Below, one piece after another: positions 17,278 through 24,699 of a stretch of DNA of 32,000 nucleotides; position 1 is the stretch's first letter; each line of letters begins with the position of its first letter. The stretch is taken from NCBI RefSeq assembly GCF_037902255.1, contig NZ_CP147990.1:2520001-2552000 (forward strand), given 5' to 3'. The translations under genes and the position numbers were made by a program. Source of the DNA: Candidatus Electrothrix sp. GW3-4. Its GTDB lineage: Bacteria; Desulfobacterota; Desulfobulbia; Desulfobulbales; Desulfobulbaceae. The notes below the pieces were generated by a model that saw only the letters and a program-made list of their open reading frames with translations, searched no databases and was not told where the DNA came from.

Positions 17278-17302
17278 TCAATCGAGTCTGACACCATTGA
17301 TT
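17276..17302. repeat. junction palindrome copy 2 (AATCAATCGAGTCTGACACCATTGATT)
   Basis: A 27-bp dyad with 7-bp outer arms (AATCAAT/ATTGATT) and an inner GTC.GAC, directly abutting the first rhs-D codons. Confidence 0.65.
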
Positions 17303-17404
17303 CTCTGTGAGTTTCTTCGGGCACCCTTGCCATCATCTACATATTCCCTCCTTCAGGGTTATGACTGGACTTTCACCAGCTAGTTCGTGACCATGCCGGT
17401 CGCA

Positions 17405-17848
17405 CACCGTGTGCCTCTGGCCGGAACGGTAATAGGTGAAGCCGATATCCGGGGTGGTGTCGGAATAGTCGATGCCGGTCAGTTCTCCGGTGTTGACGTC
17501 ATAACTGTAGGTGGTGACCAGGGAAGCGGAGTTTCGCGCCCAGGTCCGGGTGTAGAGCTTCCCGTTCTCTATATAGCTGTAAAGGGTTTGGTGATGCTGT
17601 GCGTCTTCTTTGGACTCCAGCAGACCGGTGGCCTCGTGGTAATGCCAACGGGTGATATCGGCCAGGGGATCATTGGCGGACGGCCAGAGCGGAGTATCCC
17701 AGCCCTCTCCTCCGCTCCGCCAGGTATACATGGTGTCCATTCTGCCGTAGTCGTCATACCCGTAACGGACAGGACTTGTTGCGCCCCAGGTGTGGGTAAC
17801 CCGGTCAAGGTCGTCATAGAGAAAATAAACCGTTCGGTTCTCCGTATT
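17405..17848 (-). pseudogene. internal Rhs/YD core fragment (module G)
   Basis: Translates as ..[49 protein letters not shown]...GQRHTV. It is homologous to 21600..22050 of module E. Homology ends near 17405 and there is no core terminus or tip. Confidence 0.8.
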
Positions 17849-17856
17849 TGACTTTT

Positions 17857-18186
17857 CTAGTAATTTCGCATTCTTTTAATGAACGGGAGCAGGTAGCTTA
17901 CATAACGGACATGGGCACCCGACAGCCTCAAATTATTGTAATAATATAAACGAATTTCCCAATAGCCAAACATATGGCTCTTACGCCAGACTTCCACCGG
18001 TTCGGAACTGGAAATTTTTTTTTGTTCCTGCATGTCTGAGGTGATTGCCAATTTATATACCTTGCTTCTCGGCATATCATTTTTAAGCATAGCCCAAGAT
18101 GCTGGAGGGGCAGGAAAAGTAACCCATATCAATGCGATACATCCTATTACCAACCCGGCTCCCCACAAGAAGATTTTTCTTTTCAT
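17857..18186 (-). CDS. putative membrane-anchored immunity protein for orphan toxin tip F
   Basis: A 109-aa ORF, 69 nt downstream of the tip F stop. It has an N-terminal hydrophobic segment (IFLWGAGLVIGCIALIWVTF) and is AT-rich. Confidence 0.55.
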   Translation of the reverse strand: MKRKIFLWGAGLVIGCIALIWVTFPAPPASWAMLKNDMPRSKVYKLAITSDMQEQKKISSSEPVEVWRKSHMFGYWEIRLYYYNNLRLSGAHVRYVSYLLPFIKRMRNY

Positions 18187-18255
18187 TTTATTGCTTAATT
18201 AAAATTCACGAGGAATCTTGCCAGCCTCACATCTCTTTCTGTGTCAGCATGTGAA

Positions 18256-18926
18256 TCACCCGCCTTCCAGGACACCGTGTAAGCTGTAATTAGGTGGTGA
18301 GTTTGGAACCCATTTTGCGTTATCAGACGGCTGGACATTATTCGGGTTGGCGTAATTAGTGCGACCATCTACTCCATAAAACTCAAAGTCGAAATAAGCT
18401 TTCCATACATCACGAAGAGACTCACCTGTAGATGCCTTTGCTGCACTGTTACAACCGCAACTTATTCCAATCGCATTTTTAGCAAATGCAGATGCAGCAA
18501 TAGCCCCACTTGTGATATCTGCACTGGTCAAAGACTCTGCTCCAGGATTTAAACCAAAATTGTTATTATACTGCAACATCAGTTCACCAGGTTTTCCATG
18601 ACCAAAATAAGTCCATCTTGAAATCCGCTCCCTTCCTTGTCTGTTTCCTCCTTGAGCATTTTTATTCATATTATTAATGAATTGGTTTTTATTGCCGAAC
18701 CACCGTATAAGAACGTTATGTTTAGCAGCTAACTTTACAATCTCAAGAGGATACGTAAGATCATCTCCTGTGTCCTCAATAGATCGTCCCTGATAAGATG
18801 AGACCTCAATATGCCACTCTATTATTTCACCCCTGCTTATTTTTGCTTTGCGTTTTATAATTTCTTTTTCTGCCGAGGTTATAAAATTTTTCCAGTTCCT
18901 GTCATGAGCAATAGGAAAGCCTATAA
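18256..18926 (-). pseudogene. toxin tip F, 5'-truncated by the IS3-family element; His-Gly...Gly-Cys-Asn (clan CD / C80-like) putative cysteine peptidase
   Basis: The frame is open from the IS boundary (18926) to the stop at 18256: ..IGFPIAHDRNWKNF...WTYFGHGKPGE...NAIGISCGCNSAAK... No rhs core is attached upstream. Tracked ORF 18256..18669 is only the part after an internal ATG. Confidence 0.7.
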
Positions 18927-19044
18927 TGGACCCCTATTCTTGGACAGCTATTTAAGGTAGATTTTTTTCTAAAAATGCTGAATGTATTTTGGTGCGCTTG
19001 GCACGAGTCCGAAATTCATACAGCCACTACCGGAGAATCTACGC

Positions 19045-19323
19045 ATGTCACGTAAAAGAAGAGTCCACTCAGCTGCATTTAAAGGAAAAGTTGCACTTGA
19101 AGCACTGAAAGAACTAAAGCCGATTAATGTACTGGCCTCCCAGTATGAGATTCAGCCAAACCAGATTAGCACCTGGAAAAAGCAGCTAAAAGAAGGTGTG
19201 TCCGAAATGTTCAGCAAAAAACGCGGTAGAGCCAAAGAGGATTCCAGGAAGGCTGAAAAGCGCTTATACGAAGAAATCGGTCGCCTAAAAATGGAGTTGG
19301 ACTGGCTTAAAAAAAAAGTCTGA
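19045..19323 (+). CDS. IS3-family transposase OrfA (HTH)
   Basis: The ATG at 19045 lies 9 nt after GGAG. The product MSRKRRVHSAAFKGKVALEALKE...ISTWKKQL...LKMELDWLKKK has the HTH plus leucine-zipper pattern of IS3 OrfA. Confidence 0.85.
   Translation: MSRKRRVHSAAFKGKVALEALKELKPINVLASQYEIQPNQISTWKKQLKEGVSEMFSKKRGRAKEDSRKAEKRLYEEIGRLKMELDWLKKKV
19309..19317 (+). promoter_or_regulatory. A9 slippery run at the orfA/orfB overlap
   Basis: The sequence is CTT AAA AAA AAA GTC TGA in the orfA frame. orfB lies in the +1 frame relative to orfA, not the usual -1 frame. The -1 frame hits TAA at 19347-19349. Confidence 0.6.
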
Positions 19324-19396
19324 GTCCTACTCAGATCCCATTGATTTAATTGACTCTAAGCACAAGTCAATCAGCATCCAGAGGCAATGTGACCTA

Positions 19397-20152
19397 TTGG
19401 GCATCAGTCGATCCCGCTATTACTACAAGCCTGCGGTCGAGAGCGAATTGAACCTCAAATTGATGCGAATTATCGATGAGATCTACACCGACTGCCCTTT
19501 TTACGGAAGCAGACGGATGGTCATCGAACTGGAACGGCGTTCTTTTCGTGTCAACAGAAAGCGGGTTCAACGGTTGATGCGCCTTATGGGGATTGAAGCG
19601 ATCTACCCGAAACCGAAGTTAAGTCAACGGAATATTGAACATAAGGTTTATCCATACCTTTTGCGGAACATCTTGATTGATCGTCCCAATCAGGTCTGGA
19701 GCACAGATATCACGTACATCCCGATGCAGAGCGGTTTCATGTATCTGACGGTAATTATTGACTGGTACAGCCGATACATCCTCAGTTGGCGTATATCCAA
19801 TACGATGGATAACGATTTTTGTGTCGAAGCTCTTGATGAAGCATTAACTCATGGATTACCCGATATTTTTAATACAGATCAGGGAGTGCAATTCACAAGC
19901 AAGCAGTTTACACAACGCCTGACAGATGTTGATGTAAAAATCAGCATGGACGGCAAGGGCCGAGCACTGGATAATATTTTTGTCGAGCGTCTTTGGCGTA
20001 CAGTAAAGTACGAAAATATCTACCTGAAAGACTATCGAAATGGCAATGAGTTATACCACGGTCTGGAAGAGTATTTTTCGTTTTATAATACCCGACGTCC
20101 TCATCAGTCTTTGGGGTACAGATCTCCTGAAGATATTCATTATTGCTCATGA
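19397..20152 (+). CDS. IS3-family transposase OrfB (DDE integrase core)
   Basis: Motifs include WSTDITYIP, FNTDQGVQFTS and DNIFVERLWRTVKYE (DDE triad context), plus YNTRRPHQSLG. The frame is open back to 19289 and overlaps the A9 run. The coordinates follow the tracked ORF, whose start is TTG. Confidence 0.85.
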   Translation: MGISRSRYYYKPAVESELNLKLMRIIDEIYTDCPFYGSRRMVIELERRSFRVNRKRVQRLMRLMGIEAIYPKPKLSQRNIEHKVYPYLLRNILIDRPNQVWSTDITYIPMQSGFMYLTVIIDWYSRYILSWRISNTMDNDFCVEALDEALTHGLPDIFNTDQGVQFTSKQFTQRLTDVDVKISMDGKGRALDNIFVERLWRTVKYENIYLKDYRNGNELYHGLEEYFSFYNTRRPHQSLGYRSPEDIHYCS

Positions 20153-20260
20153 GATACAGTCAAACAAATATAGGAGGAAATCACCAGATAAGAGAGTTTG
20201 TTGTTAGCCCGAAATCTATCTTAAATTATGCTAAATTTTGTGTTGACTATGGGGTCCACT

Positions 20261-22050
20261 TTAGCCCAATGCTCGGAGTATACGTGCTGGCAGCTCTAAT
20301 CCGGTCGCCCTGGGGCCTGCAATCTCCCACCCATGCCAAGCCGGGTTGCAGCCGCCGCTGACAACAACTTCATTCTGTCCTAACGGATCTATCGAGTTGA
20401 CCCCATTATTCCCCACAAACCCATACAAATTCAAACCACCCTCTTCACCAATCGGATCACGACTCAACCACCGGCCAAGCTCGGGGGAATAGTAGCGATA
20501 CCCATGATAATACAACCCGGCAACATCATCAGCGTATTTGCTAGAAAAGCGAAACGGATTAACATCGGCATAACTTCCCATAGCGGAAGTCAATCCGCCA
20601 AAAGGCGCATACTCGTAAGCAGCGACGACAGAGCCGTCCGTAGAATCAAGCATCTGCCCCACATTGCCGTTAGCGTCATAAAAATACACATGCATCTTGC
20701 CAGCACTGTGATCAACCCTTGCCAGAATTCCCCCGATTCCTCCGGCACCCTGAAGGCTCTGCGAAAGATCAAGGCCGTAGACATAACTGGCCGTGGTTGC
20801 TCCGGTTCCGTCCAGTTCCTCAATCAGGTTCCAGCCGTCATAGACAAAAAAACGGGTTTCATCAGATTGCCAAGTTGAGCCGTCCCAGGCGGTTGTAACT
20901 TTTCGTACCCGTCGGCCCATATAGTCATAGAGAAACTCAAGCTTCTCATCCCCGACAGCCGGTGTTTTCGGGGTAATGGTGATGAGCCGGTTCTCTTCGT
21001 TCCAGCTATAGGTGAAGGTTCCGTCGTCGGTAAGGCCGCCGTCGTTATCATACGCCGGACTGGCCGTAGCACCGTTTGTATTCACGGAGGTATACTGATT
21101 CAGATCATTCGCCGTGTAATCGACCGAGGTATACGTCCCCGTGTTGACCAGCTTTTGATCCGGCGGAACAGGCAGAGAGACGGAAAAGGCGTCCCCGGAG
21201 GTGGTCATGGAATTCCGGCGGCCTATATTATCGTGGGTGTAGTCGTACTGTGAAATTGTTGCGGAGTTATAGGTGTTCAGCACAGAGCTTTTCAGGTTAC
21301 GATGGGGTTCATAGGAATAGCCTGTTGATGCACCGGAGCCGAAGGTTGCGCTTTTCAGCAGGTGCGAGTTCGGCTCGTAGCCGTACTGCACGGTATCGCT
21401 GTGCGTGCCAATATTCCATGAAACTCCGTTGAAACGTCCGGTATTGTCGTATCCGTAGGTGACTGCGTAATTGCTGCCTGTGCTGAAGCCGGTGTTTCTG
21501 CCGGGAACATCGGTCGTGTCGTAGGCTCGGGCCAGGGTTCGGCTGATTAAAACCCGGTGAGGCTTTCGCTGTCCGGTTGAAGAGCAGTGTTATAGGCAAA
21601 GGTGCGAGTGCCGACCGCATCACTGACCGTGTGCCTCTGGCCGGAACGGTAATAGGTGAACCCGATATCCGGGGTGGTGTCGGAATAATCAATCCCGGTC
21701 AGCTCCCCGGTGTTCGGATCGTAGCTGTAGGTGGTTGTGATGGCCGGAATTCTGGCCCAGGTGCGGGTATGCAGTCTGCCGCCTTCGAGATAGGTGTACT
21801 GCGTACTCTTATTCTGCGCGTCTTCCTTGGACTCCAGCAGACCGGTGGCCTCGTGGTAATGCCAACGGGTGATATCAGCCAGTCCGTCATTGGCAGACGG
21901 CCAGGTCGGGGAATCCCAGCCTTCGCCGCTCCGCCAGGTATACATGGTATCCATTCTACCGTAGTCGTCATACCCGTAACGGATAGGCGATGTTGCGCCC
22001 CAAGTGTGGGTAACCCGATTGAGGTCGTCATAAAGATAATAAACGGTACG
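20261..22050 (-). pseudogene. 5'-truncated, frameshifted Rhs/YD module E with a 37-aa tip stub ending at the IS boundary
   Basis: The core runs from ..SRTVYYLYDDLNRV.. (about 22050), and a stop occurs at 21547 after ..DSESLTGF. Homology continues in another frame (LISRTLARAYD...VQYGYEPN...) to the core end [28 protein letters not shown]. A short tip follows (20264..20374), with its stop 2 nt from the IS end. Confidence 0.8.
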
Positions 22051-22063
22051 GGAGATGTGTTAT

Positions 22064-22534
22064 TTATTCCATCCCGTGTTGTTTATAGAACTCTATTAGT
22101 GGGGTTGTTGGTAAACGGCCATATTTACTTTTCTGTTCCAGTAAGCTATCTGTAATAATTTGCAAATAGCTATCTACAACTTGATTTCTATATGGGCCAG
22201 TATAAAAAGGCTTATAGTTCTTTTGATAATTTATAATACTTGCAAGTATATTTATTGGGGTACCACCCATATCCTTTAATAAAGGAGCTGTACTGCTAAC
22301 CTCACTTATCTTCCGGTAGAGTGACTCTTCGAGTTTGGAAATCACCTCAGTATTCCCACTTAAATTTTCACGACAATAACGTATTAACTCAATGTCGGAT
22401 TTTGCATGAAACAATAGCACGTTAGCAATTTTCAAATTAGTTATTCTAGATGCAGACTTCTTAGTAGTGCTAGCATAGCTTAAATTTGCATTAAAAATAA
22501 ATACAAGAAATAACAAGCATGTAAATTTTTTCAT
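22064..22534 (-). CDS. putative secreted immunity protein for the module C toxin
   Basis: A 156-aa ORF starting 8 nt after the rhs-C stop. It has a signal peptide (MKKFTCLLFLVFIFNANLSYAS) and is strongly AT-rich. Confidence 0.65.
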   Translation of the reverse strand: MKKFTCLLFLVFIFNANLSYASTTKKSASRITNLKIANVLLFHAKSDIELIRYCRENLSGNTEVISKLEESLYRKISEVSSTAPLLKDMGGTPINILASIINYQKNYKPFYTGPYRNQVVDSYLQIITDSLLEQKSKYGRLPTTPLIEFYKQHGME

Positions 22535-22542
22535 TTTACTCT

Positions 22543-24645
22543 CTAATTGTTCATGTTGATATAATATGTTGTCGAATGATTGAAAAGGTTCTGAAATGTA
22601 TCTTCATTTATTAAGTTAGGTTCAATCATCAATTGGATAGTCTCAGATTCAAGTGCTTGGTGGTCGAGTTGAGTGGAGTCATACAAAGACTTAAATTTTC
22701 CCAAAACTGGAATATCATTAGTCCAACCATATAAGAATTCAGCGTATTCTTTTAACCCTTCATTAAATCTGCTATTTGCCTTTTGAGCTGCAAAATCTTT
22801 AAAATTACTCCATAACTCGGCAAAACCACTCATGCCCGTTTCTTTAAACCTGCAAATGTTATAGTAATTATCAATACCATATTCGTAAAAGAAATTAAAC
22901 TCCACAGGGTAGAGGGTTGGCAATGCGTCATAAACAGTACGTGCTTTGATAGAAACACCAACAAAAAAGGAAATATATTCTCGCTTTAAAGAATCTGAAA
23001 GCCCATTGTAGGAAGATGCGCTAATTGTCTTTATATCTTGTAATACTCCACCATGTGTTGATGATAATCCTTTGGGATCAGTGTCATTAATACCATCATT
23101 TCTAACAAACCCATACAGATTCAATCCACCCTCTTCCCCAATCGGATCACGACTCAACCATCTTCCCGTATCGGGCGAATAATAACGGTACCCGTAATAA
23201 TACAGCCCCGTCGTATCATCGGCATACTTGGAACTGAATCTGAACGGATTAACCTCAGCATAACTCCCCGCAGCAGAAGTCAGGCCGCCAAAAGGTGCAT
23301 ATTCGTAGGCCGCAACAACGCTTCCGTCTGCAATATCAATCAGCTGACCGACATTACCGTTGGCATCGAAGAAATAGAGGTGAACCTTATCTGTTCCGTG
23401 GTCGATTCGAGCCAGAATACCTCCGATACCTCCGGCTCCCTGAATACTCTGCGACAGGTCAAGACCATGAACATAGCTGGCTGTGGTTGACCCAGCTCCG
23501 TCCAATTCCTCAATCATATTCCAGCCGTCGTAGACGAAGAGGGCTGTCTCATCGGGTTGCCAAGTCGAGCCATCCCAGGTAGTTGTAATTTTCCGCACTC
23601 TCCGGCCCATGTAATCATAGAGCAGCTCAATTTTTTTATCGCCGCTGACCGGATTCTTGGGTGTAGCCGAGGCAAGGCGGTTTTCGCCGTTCCAGACATA
23701 AGTCAACCGAGCGTCGTCCGTCAGGTTACCATCTTCGTCATGGGTAGGATTGATAACACTTCCGTCGTTATTCACCTCATTGTATTGATTTAGACTGTTG
23801 GGAGTATAGCTTACAGAGGTATAGGTATCAGTGTTGATCAAATTTTGATCCGGCGGAACAGGCAGAGAGACGGAAAATGCCTCTCCTGTCATGGTCGCCG
23901 AGGTGCGACGCCCTATATTGTCATAAACATAGTCATACTGAGAAACAGTGGATGAACCGTACTCGTTTTTCACGCCGATTCTCAGATTACGGTTCGGTTC
24001 ATAGGAGTTGGTAATCACTCCTCCCGATGCAAAAGTGGTTGTGTGGAGCAGATGCGAGTCAGGTACGCGGGCGTAGGTCGCACTATCGGAGTGGGTGCCG
24101 ACATTCCAGGAAACACCTCCAAAGCGTCCGGTGTTGTCATAGCCGTAGGTAACGGCATAGCTGCTGTCCGTGTTGAAACCGGTGTTTCTGCCGGGCACAG
24201 TGGTTGTGTCGTATGAACGGGTAATCGTCCGGCTGATCAGTCCGGTGAGGGTTTCGGTCTCCGGTTGGAGAGCAGTATTGTAAGTGAAGCTGCGGCTGCC
24301 CACTGCATCGGTCACTGTACTGCGCTGCCCGGTGCGATTGTAGGTAAACCCGATATCCGGGGTGGTGTCGGAATAGTCGATACCGGTCAGTTCGCCGTTA
24401 TTTGGATCGTAGCTGTAGGTGGTGACCAGCGAAGCCGAGTTCCGTGCCCAGATCCGGGTATGGAGTCTGCCTCCTTCAAAATAGGTGTACTGCGCCTGTT
24501 GGCTCTGCGCATCTTCCTTGGACTCCAGCAGGCCGGTGGCCTCGTGGTAATGCCAGCGGGTTATATCAGCCAGTCCGTCATTGGCAGACGGCCAAGTCGG
24601 AGAATCCCAGCCCTCGCCGCTCCGCCAGGTATGCATGACATCCAT
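22543..24645 (-). CDS. 5'-truncated Rhs/YD-repeat protein, module C, with an unassigned 173-aa toxin tip
   Basis: Core homology starts at ..NDYGRMDVMHTW.., and the frame opens at 24663 right after a TAG. The core end is [28 protein letters not shown]. The tip spans 22546..23064. ATG 24645 is the first start and has no clear RBS. Confidence 0.8.
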   Translation of the reverse strand: [700 protein letters not shown]

Positions 24646-24666
24646 TCTGCCGTAATCGTTATGCTA

Positions 24667-24693
24667 AATCAATCGAGTCCGACCCCGTTGATT
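24667..24693. repeat. junction palindrome copy 3 (AATCAATCGAGTCCGACCCCGTTGATT)
   Basis: A 27-bp dyad, 6 nt downstream of the module B immunity stop (24700-24702) and immediately upstream of the first rhs-C codons. Confidence 0.65.
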
Positions 24694-24699
24694 TCCTCT

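Larger units (their letters stand above)
18927..20258 (+). mobile_element. IS3-family insertion sequence (1,332 bp)
   Basis: The ends are TGGACCCC (18927-18934) and GGGGTCCA (20251-20258), the TG...CA ends typical of IS3. The subterminal TTTAAG[G/A]TAGATTT is also shared. The element has the orfA (HTH) plus orfB (DDE/rve) organisation. The flanks (..CTATAA / CTTTAG..) show no direct repeat. Confidence 0.85.

Noticed and set aside
17365-17379. The minus-strand sequence CTGGTGAAAGTCCAG resembles the GGTGAAA.TCC core of cobalamin riboswitches.
   Set aside because: It is only an isolated 15-nt hairpin. There is no B12 box, no surrounding conserved helices and no downstream regulated gene.
17740-24645. 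Internal ATGs (MDTMYTW at 17740 and 21954, MDVMHTW at 24645) as genuine starts of shortened Rhs proteins.
   Set aside because: The Met is a conserved internal residue of the core (..[10 protein letters not shown].. in full copies). No Shine-Dalgarno sequence precedes it, and rhs homology continues upstream of the ATG at 17740 and 21954.
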